Source of the DNA: Waterburya sp.
GTDB taxonomy: Bacteria > Cyanobacteriota > Cyanobacteriia > Cyanobacteriales > Xenococcaceae
Assembly (NCBI GenBank): GCA_965217895.1
Contig: CBDCJV010000002.1
Span: forward strand, 4,928,001 to 4,992,000
Reading direction: 5' to 3'
DNA length: 64,000 bases
Shown here: positions 31,218 to 41,019 of the stretch, one piece after another
Layout: the number at the start of each line of letters is the position of its first letter
Position numbering within the stretch: the stretch's first letter is position 1
The notes under the pieces: model-generated
What the model was told of the DNA's origin: nothing
What the model saw: only the letters and a program-made list of their open reading frames with translations
Database searches by the model: none
Program-made: the position numbers and the translations under genes

Positions 31218-31895
31218 ATGTCTTCAATTGTTAGTCCTATAGACGCAGCCGTCGCTGATTTTGTAGCTGATGGTTTAGAGTTAATTGGAACAGATGGATT
31301 CAACGCATTAGTAGGTTCAAATAAAGGCGATTTAATTGATGGGCTTGGCGCACCTGATTTTATACGGGGTGCTGCTGGAGACGATTTAATCAAAGGGGGA
31401 CTTGGTGGAGATTTTGTTGAAGCGGGTGAAGGTAATGATATTGTTCTTGGTGAAGGTGGAAGTGATGTTATTTTTACTGGCGGAGGAAATGATCTAGTTG
31501 ATGGTGGTGAAGGCAACGACGTTATCTTTGGTGAAGGTGGCGACGATTATCTTTACGGTAGTTTCGGCGATGACACCATTTTAGGTGGTGACGGTCAAGA
31601 TACTATTAATGGTGGTCTTGGCAATGATTTGCTCTTTGGTAGTGCTGGAGATGATCTATTTGAATTTGATGCTCAAAACTTTGATGGCACCTTTATTAAT
31701 AGAGTTGGCGATTTTACTTTAGGTGAAGATAGCCTAGTTATCAAAGGTACAAGTGATGCCGATCAAATATCTTTTGACTCTAAAAATGGCTTAATATCTA
31801 TTAACGGCGAAGTTGCAATTAATCTTAATAGTATTGGTGATTCTACGGACATTGACATGGAAAAAAATGATGATGGTGATTTTGAATTAATGTAA
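31218..31895 (+). CDS. RTX/hemolysin-type calcium-binding repeat protein
   Basis: About ten GGxGxDxxx nonapeptide repeats. Confidence 0.9.
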   Translation: MSSIVSPIDAAVADFVADGLELIGTDGFNALVGSNKGDLIDGLGAPDFIRGAAGDDLIKGGLGGDFVEAGEGNDIVLGEGGSDVIFTGGGNDLVDGGEGNDVIFGEGGDDYLYGSFGDDTILGGDGQDTINGGLGNDLLFGSAGDDLFEFDAQNFDGTFINRVGDFTLGEDSLVIKGTSDADQISFDSKNGLISINGEVAINLNSIGDSTDIDMEKNDDGDFELM

Positions 31896-31921
31896 ACTCA
31901 TCTAAATTACTTCCTTAATAT

Positions 31922-31960
31922 ACTGAGCATAAACAAATTTTGTTTATGCTCAGTTTTTTT
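31922..31960 (+). terminator. intrinsic terminator
   Basis: ACTGAGCATAAACA/TGTTTATGCTCAGT stem followed by T run. Confidence 0.85.
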
Positions 31961-32018
31961 AGATAATAAAAATCTTAGGGGAAATTTGCCAATTAGCTAA
32001 GCAATGGTTCGGACAAAA

Positions 32019-33479
32019 TTAGGCAGCAATAGCTCCGTAGTCATAAAGGTTTGAGTAATTGGGATGGGATTTAATTAAAGTAGGCTCTAGATCTAACTTG
32101 TCAATAAATCGTTCAAGCAGATGGTAGTTAAGCGCACGGCGTTTGTAACTTGCCATTGAAAAAACAAAATTAGTCGAACAATTATGCTGTTGAACAGTAT
32201 CCAATTTGGCAAGATTGAGCGCAGTGAGTGAAGCATTAAAATGAAAATCAAGCTTGCTTAGATCGCGAGCCTGACAATCAGCTAACCCTGTAAACTGTTT
32301 ACTATCACGAAACACAAACTCGATTTGGAAGCGAGATTTATAGTAGAGATAAATCGAGTAAGCATCAAGCTCAAGATGAGTGCAAAATAAAACAGCATAG
32401 CTTGAAGAAGCTGAATTATTGAGTAAATAGACTATCCGAACTTGGCGTTTAAGACTGATAGACCAAACAACGGCGGTGTAAAGATCTATACCGTTAGATA
32501 ATTGAGTGACCAACTCAAAGTTATTTTGGTTGGTTAAATCGACTTTTTTGCCATACTTACGAGGTCGTCCTCTTCCTGAATATTCTTCTCGGTTGGGATA
32601 ACGTAAATTGGCATCCCGTCGTAATTTTCCGATTGCTTCTAGCTTGAGGTTGGTGACTCCTTCGACCCATTTAATTTTGCTGTAGAATCCATCACTGACT
32701 ACATAGCGAAGGGAGCTGGTTCACAAGTAGCAAGTAGCAAGTAGCAAGTAGCAATTTTACCTCTCGTTAAAACAAGAGGATTGAAACAAAGAAATGTGTT
32801 TTATTTTTTTTCGTCTTTAAAGAGCGCAACGCTTGCGCGTTGCCAGTCGTCTTCGACGACGATCTGAGCCTTTCAGGCTCTGCGCTTTAGACCAACTTCG
32901 GAGTTACTTAATTGCTATCTGTTATCTGCTACTTGTTACTTTTGCTCCAAAGGAGCTGGGTAAATAAGGAACAGTTACTTCTAATTGAGCTAGATAGTGA
33001 TTAATCCTAGTCGTTTCTGGTTGCTCATTTTTCTCTAAAGATGAGTTCTTGGCTGGTGTTTGCTGAACACTGAGGCTGTATCCCCTTTTTTTGCCTACAT
33101 CTACTACTGCCATTGCCGAAATCTCTAATCCTTTCTCTGCTCTTGATGCACTGCCGTTGTAAAAGCGATCCAGACCATAGGTTCGTTTTCCACTTTTGGG
33201 AATAAAAGAACAGTCTACCGCTAGGATTACCTCTGATTTAGAGTCAATTGCTTGCTCTATTAGCTTTTGGTTGAATTGGATGAAGTTAAAAGAACGTTGA
33301 TATTGTCGCCGATATGTTCGCTCACTGATTTGACTATAACGACTTAAGTTAACAAAATTAGCTCTACCGCAACCTACAAGCAGAGTTGAAAATAAGGTCA
33401 AGATAAATTTCTTTTGAGGATGTGTTAAATCCCCCATCGAGATCAGTAAGCTTTGTATAATTGTTTTGACGCTATCCAT
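32019..33479 (-). pseudogene. DDE transposase split by a 232-bp insertion
   Basis: AVDCSFIPKSG, VSDGFY, YKSRFQIEFVFRDSKQ; removing 32720-32951 plus one TSD restores ..PYLPSSLRYVVSDG.. and one 406-aa ORF. Confidence 0.9.
32720..32951. mobile_element. non-autonomous element with inverted heptamer-repeat arms
   Basis: TSD GGAGCTGG (32712-32719, 32952-32959); (AAGTAGC)x4 left arm and an inverted degenerate right arm; internal cloverleaf 32821-32888. Confidence 0.88.
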
Positions 33480-33561
33480 TGCAGGTAATCTTTCAACACT
33501 TTTACCTTAATTCAGTGGATGGCTTTTTTTCTCTCTTTTACAAAAATTGTCCGAACCATTG

Positions 33562-34185
33562 TTAATATGGATTGACTATTAAGCTATGATTCTTCGCAAT
33601 AGAAAGAATTGTATCTCTAAGATCTGGATGATTTAAATTCAAAATCTCAACTTTTACCGATGCCATTTTTGACTTTGCCCTTTCATATAAAACGACAGCA
33701 TCTTCACCGTTGTGCGCTCCAGCAAAAATCAAACCATCAATTTCTCCATACAGTTGGTGATTCTCATAGAAGTAGCGCCCCCAAGCTTGAGAAATATCTC
33801 TTTCGGTAATAGATGATATAGCAGCTAGTGTTCCTGCTGCCATCGCAGCAGAACCCCTTAAGTCTAGTAGCTCGAAAGTATCTTTTAGAGTAATAAAAGC
33901 TAACTGTTGCTGTTCGATCCTAATTACTCCACCATCACCAAATATTTCTACTAAACAACAAGATAAGCTAAATCCAGCATAGATAACACTTCACTCAGGA
34001 TCTATTCTGTTTTTACTTTCTCGATGATGATCGAATCTACTTATTGGTCCATAGTTACGGAAACTAATGTCAGTAGCGTCATACTTTGTCGGATCAAAGA
34101 TCCGTATCAACACATCACTACTATTCAAAGTTGTTAATTTTGGGGCTACACTCCTTAGCGGTGGAGGCAAATGAACTCGACCATT
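33562..34185 (-). pseudogene. RES-domain toxin, inactivated
   Basis: RIF, FR.YGP.SRFDHH, CLVEIF, LLDLRG, DGLIF..AHN; in-frame TGA at 33991-33993; coupled ATG is out of frame. Confidence 0.82.
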
Positions 34186-34789
34186 ACCAACCAATACCTA
34201 CCGCTCTGGCTTCAATTACTACAGCTTCAATCTCACCCTGCTTAAGCATCTCGATTGGTGTCTTTTTATCGAATGCTAAATGAGGTTTATTAAACCAGTT
34301 CAGTTTAGTAAAGTCAGAAACATCTAAAGCAGCCAGTACCTCTGACAAACCGTCTATAACTCCATCGTCTCCAGACGGGTCAAACTGCCATAAGGGATAT
34401 TTGTAGACTCCTCCATCCTTTACCCCTAGCAAAGTCTTAGCCAAACGGCGATCGCGCACCGTGGCTCTATTTTGGCATCCCAGAAGCTCGGCTACCTTGG
34501 AAGAGGTAATGCTCCCTGAGAGCAATTCTCGACGACGCTGATAGTAACGTTCCAAATTAGCTAGTTCCAACTCCCAAGACTGCCCCTCAACGTAATCCTT
34601 ACCTGCAATCTTTTTAGCTAATTCCTTCTCAGCAGAAGATACTACCTGTGGCTCTAACGAACGTTGCAGGATTTCTAAATGTTTTGGTTCGGCGATCGCA
34701 ATTAGAGCTTCTATACGCTTTAGAATTGCCGTTGCTGATTTGCGTTTGGACTTGGGGACTTCTATCTCAGCTAGAAAAGTATTTTTCAT
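34184..34789 (-). CDS. antitoxin, Xre/MbcA/ParS (DUF2384)-like
   Basis: HTH-like VAELLG, YPLWQF, C-terminal W..KP..AFDKKTPIEML; upstream of RES gene. Confidence 0.78.
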   Translation of the reverse strand: MKNTFLAEIEVPKSKRKSATAILKRIEALIAIAEPKHLEILQRSLEPQVVSSAEKELAKKIAGKDYVEGQSWELELANLERYYQRRRELLSGSITSSKVAELLGCQNRATVRDRRLAKTLLGVKDGGVYKYPLWQFDPSGDDGVIDGLSEVLAALDVSDFTKLNWFNKPHLAFDKKTPIEMLKQGEIEAVVIEARAVGIGW

Positions 34790-35023
34790 GGTTTATTAAC
34801 CGAATTTTCTACTCTAATTGTAGCTTATGTATGAGATGTAGGCAAAAATAAAAACTAGATATGAAATGTTGTTTTACCACCGATTAGTGTCCAAATAAGA
34901 TCTAGGAATTGTAAACTTAGTAGCTGTAATTATTTATATAAACAGTTTTTGGATATTTATATTAAATACAATAGTTATTTGATACGCAATTGATATGCAA
35001 AAATTAAAATGAGGCAAGCAAGC

Positions 35024-35047
35024 ATAATTTCTGGTATAATTTCTGGT
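35024..35047 (+). promoter_or_regulatory. vapBC promoter: direct repeat overlapping an extended -10
   Basis: ATAATTTCTGGT x2 containing TGGTATAAT; AGGAGG RBS downstream. Confidence 0.55.
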
Positions 35048-35071
35048 AGATGTTGATTAGGAGGTTTAAGT

Positions 35072-35308
35072 ATGCCCAGTACATCGGTTTATCTACCAGA
35101 GGAAATGTCGACCAGATTGAAGAAATACTCGGATAAGGCAGATGTCAAACAAAGTACCAATAGCATTATTGTTGCTGCTCTATCAGAATATTTAGATAAA
35201 TATGAAAGTATTAAACAGTGGAGTACTGAATTTCTAGAATGGGGGGGTGAAGAAGAAACAGAAGGGTTCGAGATAGATCGTACTCCTTGGAGAGAAATTG
35301 AACTTTGA
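35072..35308 (+). CDS. RHH/CopG-type antitoxin (VapB-like)
   Basis: TSVYLPEE beta-helix-helix pattern, acidic tail, TTGA overlap with PIN gene. Confidence 0.78.
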   Translation: MPSTSVYLPEEMSTRLKKYSDKADVKQSTNSIIVAALSEYLDKYESIKQWSTEFLEWGGEEETEGFEIDRTPWREIEL

Positions 35309-35712
35309 AATATTTATTAGATACTACTACTGTTTCTGATTACTTAAGAAAGAATCAAGCGGTAGTGACACATCTGCATAGTACTCCACCTATTGATCTG
35401 GCTATATCTACTATTACCAAGTTTGAAATTGCCTACGGTTTGGCTAATAAGCCTAGTTTGATTGAAAAGTATCGTCATCAATTGTCCGAACTATATCAAA
35501 AAACTAATAATCTGGTGATTGATGCCCAAGTAGCAGATCTAGCGGGAAATATTAGAAGTGAGTTAAAAAATGCTGGTACGCCCATTGGCATCCCCGATAT
35601 TTTGATTGCTGCTACCGCCCGTCTCCACGGCTTAACTGTCGTCACCAGCAATATCAAAGATTTTACCAAGATCGAGAAATTGCCAGTAATTGATTGGAAA
35701 GAAAAGCTTTGA
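35305..35712 (+). CDS. vapC: VapC PIN-domain toxin
   Basis: YLLDT, FEI..G, GTPIG..D..IAATA, VVTSN.KDF; acidic residues intact. Confidence 0.9.
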   Translation: MKYLLDTTTVSDYLRKNQAVVTHLHSTPPIDLAISTITKFEIAYGLANKPSLIEKYRHQLSELYQKTNNLVIDAQVADLAGNIRSELKNAGTPIGIPDILIAATARLHGLTVVTSNIKDFTKIEKLPVIDWKEKL

Positions 35713-35718
35713 ATCTGA

Positions 35719-36210
35719 GTGATGGGAAGAAAACCTAACCCTACTTGCCATTACTGTGCCAAGAACTATCTCCGAGAGGAAGAGGCAAAACAAAAGCATC
35801 CAGAATGTTATGTAGGTCATAACTGTCGTATTAAGCGGAGTCGGCTAAAAAATCCTGGTAAGGTGAATGCTAAACGTCGTCAAAATGCTGCCAGGAAAAA
35901 AGGTATTACAACCATAGAGCCTATATTACCCGAAGCGTACCGAGCAGAGCTTGAGATTTACGGCAAAAAACATCAGTTTGTTCATGCGATCGCTCTCAAA
36001 ATATATCAAGGAAACAAGCTATCCCATCAAATGTTACCGCAGCACACTCAAGGATTAAGACAGCCAGAATTAGAGGCTTATATTCAAAAGCTTCTAGATT
36101 ATCTAGAGACGGAGTATGGGGTTGATTGTTATGGACTGATCTATTGGCTAAGTCCTGTTCATTGTCCAGAATGCAAAACTAACGTACCTAGCAACAAGAT
36201 TTTGAACTAA
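35719..36210 (+). CDS. Cys-rich basic hypothetical protein (putative Zn-binding)
   Basis: CHYC, HPECYVGHNC, C-terminal CPEC; co-oriented with vapBC. Confidence 0.7.
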   Translation: MMGRKPNPTCHYCAKNYLREEEAKQKHPECYVGHNCRIKRSRLKNPGKVNAKRRQNAARKKGITTIEPILPEAYRAELEIYGKKHQFVHAIALKIYQGNKLSHQMLPQHTQGLRQPELEAYIQKLLDYLETEYGVDCYGLIYWLSPVHCPECKTNVPSNKILN

Positions 36211-36228
36211 CTCATTTGAACTAACTCA

Positions 36229-36810
36229 ATGGATTACTCGTTTAGTAGTATAATTCAACAAGTTAACTTAATTGACTCATCTGAGTTGGGAGATGAGATA
36301 AAGCTGCGGCGATCGGGTGAACTTTTCTATTAGGGTAGTATTAATCTTGTAGAGCAAGCGAAAATAGCTTTAGCAGTAGCACAACGGCAGGAGATTAATC
36401 TTGTTGATACTTCTATTGATGATAGTTTTAGTCAATTTTTATTTTCTTTAACTCAACAAAGTATTAGTACTTCATTTTTAGCCAAGTACCTCATTCCCCA
36501 GCCAAAAACAGCATATCAAAGAAAATCATCAATTAAAACTCAGGTATTAAGTTCAACTGAAGCAATAAGTTTATTGGAAGCAGACATAATTGAATCAGAG
36601 GTCATTTCCCTTGCCCACGATGAGGATATTAATGCCTGGATAGAGCGAATAAGAAGGTGTCTTGAAACTAATCCCAAAATCGATACCATGCTCCAAATTG
36701 TAGAAGCCACTAATCTATCTATAGCTCAAGTGTTTATCTCTTTATTATTTAGTGATTATAAGCTTATTCAGCGAAATAATTTCTATGGGGAAATTGAGAT
36801 CGAAAACTAG
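36229..36810 (+). pseudogene. hypothetical gene with ScpA/kleisin-like C-terminus; internal stop
   Basis: ATG 36229 in frame with ORF 36574-36810; single TAG at 36331-36333; LAHDE and VFISLL...LIQ..FYGEIEI motifs. Confidence 0.6.
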
Positions 36811-36868
36811 TCCAATTTTCTTCGAGCGCCTGTAACAGGGTCGTTACAAGTGTTACGAACAAAGCGCC

Positions 36869-37408
36869 TTAAGCATACTCAAAACTCAGCTTTTCAATAT
36901 CTTCATTCACTAATGATGAAGTTTGTATCTCTATTTCTCGAGCGCTATAAACAAAAGTCCCTTCTCTTAATTGAAATATTTTTTTTAGTTGGAGGACATC
37001 ATCTGTATCTCCAAAATATATCAGTCCTGAAATTCCTGAAGAATCAAATATGTAATTAATAGCCATTCTATAGCTTTCTTGAGTTATTTCCTGTCTACCC
37101 CGATCTAACTGAGATATGATGTTAGCCTTAAAATTGTTCTGTTTGCAGTACTGCTTGATTTTACAGCGTACAGTTTTTTCTTGTTCTTTAGTGGTGCAGC
37201 GTAAATAGACAACGATTGACTGTTTTTTCAAAGAGCGATATACAGGAGAAGACTTAAATTCTTGGACAGTATTTTTATTAAATACTCTTTTGCCATTGGT
37301 TTCAATTCGACTAAAACTGATGTGTCCATCGTCAACCAGTTTGTTTACGGCTGATTCTGACAAACCAAGCAAATCCATTACTCCTCTTAAATAAAGTCCT
37401 TTTTCCAT
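36869..37408 (-). CDS. HTH plus degenerate serine-resolvase domain (IS607 TnpA-like architecture)
   Basis: MerR/excisionase-like HTH then VYLRCTTKEQ (cf. YARVSxxxQ); ATG 37408 with GAGG RBS. Confidence 0.6.
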   Translation of the reverse strand: MEKGLYLRGVMDLLGLSESAVNKLVDDGHISFSRIETNGKRVFNKNTVQEFKSSPVYRSLKKQSIVVYLRCTTKEQEKTVRCKIKQYCKQNNFKANIISQLDRGRQEITQESYRMAINYIFDSSGISGLIYFGDTDDVLQLKKIFQLREGTFVYSAREIEIQTSSLVNEDIEKLSFEYA

Positions 37409-37529
37409 CCTCTTCCTCTTTGAACTACATAAAATTAAATGAATCAAATTAATTGTTCACTATCTTAATCCGATCGTTGACAATTTTGGCTAGATACAAA
37501 TCAAAATTCAGATTTTTAAATTATAAAAT

Positions 37530-38600
37530 TCAACCTATTTCCCAGACTCGCTCTTTTTCCTTAGTCTGTTCGGAATTAGGTTCGGGCTTGGTGTGAATAG
37601 TTTTTCTGGTTTCTGATTGAGCTTCTTTTGCTATATTTGATTCCCACTCGCCAAAGATTTGGTCGAGCATTTGCTTCATCTTCAAAGGAATATAGTTTCG
37701 TATATTAGTCATATTCCAACTAACATCTAGCTTTGGCTCTAATTCAACTATTTCATTACGATTAGCCATCAAAATTGCATCGGTATCCCGTTCGGGATCG
37801 AAACTTACCCTGTGTGACAAAAGCCTAGGTAAACTTGCATTGTGCAGTTTACATCCCCTCACTTTAAAATCTTGCAGCTTATAGCTAATTCCTTTGACTA
37901 CGTTATCTTCAATCCGAAACTTGGGGTCAATCTGTAACCTTTGTAAACGAGCTATGAATATTGACAAGCTTGGGCGGTCGTGGCTAGCTAAGTCAATACC
38001 TGATTGAATTTTGATAGTGTAAGGCACTTTTGGTTTTTCTTCTCTTTCTTGCTTTTGGTATTCTTCAATCTCTCGCATCATCCTCTGTACTTGTCCTGTA
38101 GAGGTAGCCTTATATCCTCGTCGATCTGAAGAATGTACGTGGGTCAAATTATGGTTTACTTCTCTTTCTCTCAAAATCTTTTCTAACTTTTTCCGCTCAA
38201 AACTATCCTTAACTCGGCGACCTTCAAAATCAATCACATTAATCAAAATATGAAAATGATCGTGATTATGAGTGCGATCGTGTCCTGGGTCAATGCGGTC
38301 GTGACGTACTACCATAAACTGATTATCATCGTAACCAAGTTCTTCTCTAATCGTGTCAGCTATATCTTTTACAGTCCAATAATCCTGTTCTCCATCTTCA
38401 GGAGCAAAAGCAACTGAGATGTGTTTGACTGCTTTTTGGCATCTATAATTTTGTTCGGCACAAAGCTTGAGTTCGGCAATCATCTCATGGCGATTAAACC
38501 CAGCTAAATTAGTATCGATAAGTACTGGAGTCTTAGTTGGATCGAGGAGATAGTCAACTATACCCCGAAAGTCCTTGCCAGTAGCAATGTTGCCAATCAT
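37530..38600 (-). CDS. relaxase/mobilization nuclease (MOBP-like)
   Basis: N-terminal G.DF.GIVDY, KHISVAF, RHD...HDHFHIL HUH motif. Confidence 0.9.
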   Translation of the reverse strand: MIGNIATGKDFRGIVDYLLDPTKTPVLIDTNLAGFNRHEMIAELKLCAEQNYRCQKAVKHISVAFAPEDGEQDYWTVKDIADTIREELGYDDNQFMVVRHDRIDPGHDRTHNHDHFHILINVIDFEGRRVKDSFERKKLEKILREREVNHNLTHVHSSDRRGYKATSTGQVQRMMREIEEYQKQEREEKPKVPYTIKIQSGIDLASHDRPSLSIFIARLQRLQIDPKFRIEDNVVKGISYKLQDFKVRGCKLHNASLPRLLSHRVSFDPERDTDAILMANRNEIVELEPKLDVSWNMTNIRNYIPLKMKQMLDQIFGEWESNIAKEAQSETRKTIHTKPEPNSEQTKEKERVWEIG

Positions 38601-38851
38601 TTTCTGTTCTTATCTACCATTAACAATCGAAGCATATTCAATTCTTTATTGACGCTGCTGATATAAGTGTTAATGTCACTTAACTCTTCTGGCAAAGGAT
38701 AATGAGCAGGGACAGAACCACCTTCTAAGCGTTCTGTATGCAAAACTTTGGCTATTTGGTTGATGTTATTGCCGATTTGATTTAGTTCTCTTGAAACCTG
38801 ACCCATAACTCGATAGGTTTGCCAGTTGACCTTGAATATAGGTGCAGGCAT
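38597..38851 (-). pseudogene. mobC: MobC relaxosome protein, N-terminally truncated
   Basis: VNWQTY and LNQIGNNINQIA motif; overlaps relaxase start; RHH N-terminus missing. Confidence 0.75.
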
Positions 38852-39317
38852 GGAGATGCTTACAGTGAAATTCAATTAAATCACCAGGATGGAGTAAATA
38901 ATTGATACAGGCATTAGAACTATTGTTGATTCGGCAATCACTATAGCTGAAATTAGCCACATCGCCTAAGTTCAATAATCTCGCAGTATCAGAGGCAAAA
39001 CTAGTATCTCGATGATGCTCTATCTGAGCGTTACTGCAAACGTTATTATTTCGTCCGTGGAAACTGATCAAAGCGGTATTACAATTAGGATATAGCCACT
39101 GAATTACTTTGTTTAAATAAACATCATTGTAGGCAGGAGTTAATTCTGGTTGTCTGCTTAAGCTAGGTTCGTTGATTAGCCACAGGCGGTAGCGATCGCG
39201 GGCATATCGCGAGACATCTAGACTCATTTTAAGTACTAATTGACTGAGACAGTATTGATGAAAATCATGATAGGCTTGACCTCGATCGCAAATATTGGCA
39301 ATAAATTTTAAACTCAT
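38766..39317 (-). pseudogene. 2OG-Fe(II) oxygenase (AlkB-like), C-terminally truncated
   Basis: IEHHRD HxD, LHPGDLIEF...LHA distal His; then reads out of frame across mobC; ATG 39317. Confidence 0.5.
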
Positions 39318-39624
39318 TTTCAAAATAACAATATAAGGCAGTGTTGCGAAAAGAAAAACTCGATCGCACATATTTTCTACAGCAGAAATCAATTAATTCA
39401 GAACTTGTTACCAAAAGCTGAACTTTAATCTTTTTAGTTAATAATTTTATGAGCTTAGAAATATAAACTATGTTGAAGATTTTTTTGGAAACTAAATGTC
39501 TCGATTTAAAAATAACTCTTAGGCAATGGCTAAAAGCTGAATAGTTGCAGATAAATGCGATCGCGATTATACGGACTTTGGCGATTCAAGTCTCGACAAA
39601 CACTTAACAATAGAGAGTCAAAAA

Positions 39625-40580
39625 ATGCCTCAAATCACTATAGTTATTCCTGCCTACAATTCCTTGCCCTATCTTCGGGAAACACTAGAAAGTGTTTTTC
39701 AGCAAACCTATAAAAATTTTGTATTGTAGTCAATAACGGCAGCACTGATGAAACAGAACAGTATGTCTCTTCCCTAAGCGATCCTCGCTTGAGATTGATT
39801 AATCAAACCAATAAAGGTTCTTCCATTGCCCGCAATACAGGAATTACTAATGCCCAAGGAGAATACATTGCTTTTCTAGACGATGACGATCTTTGGGGGC
39901 CAACTAAGCTTGTCAAACAGTTAAGTATTTTAGAAGCAAATTCAGAAGTTGGCTTGGTATACACTTGGGTTGCTTATATAGACGAGCAGGGAAAATCTAC
40001 AGGCAGAACCTTTAACAACTGCATGGAGGGTCATGTTTGGCAAGAGCTAACTGCCCACAATATAGTTGAATGTGGTAGCGTTCCTATGGTTCGTCGTTCC
40101 TGCTTTGAAGCTTGTGGAATGTTCGATCAAAATCTAGGCTCTGCCTTTGAAGATTGGGATATGTGGCTGAGGATAGCAACTTGCTACCCCTTTAAAGTAG
40201 TTAAAGAATCTTTAGTATATTATCGACAACGTTCGGCTAGTAGTTCCAAAAATTGGCAGGCAATGTCAAAAAGCTTTAATTTAGTTATCGAAAAGGCTTT
40301 CGCTTCTGCTCCACCAGAGCTACTTGATTTAAAAAAGCGAAGCTATGGTTTGGCTTATATGTGTTTGGCCTGGAAACCACTACAATGCGATCGCCAAGAT
40401 TATCAAAAAGCCGATTATTTTTTTCGACAGGCTCTTAAACACTATCCCCAGTTACGTTTTTCTAAAGAATATGTGCGTCTCAGTTTTGCGATCGCTCTGA
40501 TGCGATTGCTCAAACCTAATGGTTATACCAAAATTAAATCGCTATTCTACGCACTTCGGAGATTAAAGCCCAGTAAATAG
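39625..40580 (+). pseudogene. GT2 glycosyltransferase, frameshifted
   Basis: MPQITIVIPAYN..QQTYKNF in one frame; IVVNNGSTD..ARNTG..FLDDDD..EDWD in another; shift near 39721. Confidence 0.82.
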
Positions 40581-40749
40581 TTGAACAATAGGGAGTCAAA
40601 AAAGAGTCAAGGAATAACGTTTATATTTAGCTTTTGGGTGCTTAAAAATCTCTCTAAAGCGACACCTCACGAACAATTCTAACCACATAAATAACCAGTT
40701 AAAAGCTTTGCAAACAAATACTAGATAAGTAAATACATTTAGTGAAATT

Positions 40750-41019
40750 TCAGGGATTTCTTCTGCTTCTGGAGCATGACTTTAAAGCGATTGTATTTTT
40801 TCTAACCCACCGAATTATAGTATTGTAGTTAACGCCTGTAACTCTCTCGATTACCCGAAAACCTAATCCATTGACGTACATTTTTAGGCAATTTTCTATC
40901 ACCGATGAAGAATAACCCGCCTTAGTATACTGATTGATAAATTGATTGATAAATTGGCGATCGCATTCCTGGCAATGGTAATTCTGTTTTCCTCTCATCC
41001 CTACGGGATGCAACGCCAT
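40750..41019 (-). mobile_element. IS1-family transposase remnant
   Basis: GKQNYHCQECDRQF and MYVNGLGFRVIERVTGV..NTIIRWV; 12-bp internal duplication; DDE part absent. Confidence 0.8.

Larger units (their letters stand above)
32002..33561 (-). mobile_element. insertion sequence (IS701-like DDE family), interrupted
   Basis: 15-bp perfect TIR CAATGGTTCGGACAA at 32002 and inverted ending 33561; encloses a transposase. Confidence 0.9.

Noticed and set aside
31211..31516. Pro/Ser-rich minus-strand ORF
   Set aside because: Shadow of the Gly/Asp-rich RTX repeats
33991..33993. In-frame TGA as selenocysteine or programmed readthrough
   Set aside because: No sign of a Cys-equivalent position, and a second lesion at the start indicates a pseudogene
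36201..36228. 14-bp tandem duplication TTTGAACTAACTCA as iterons
   Set aside because: Only two copies, across a stop codon; slippage duplication is more likely
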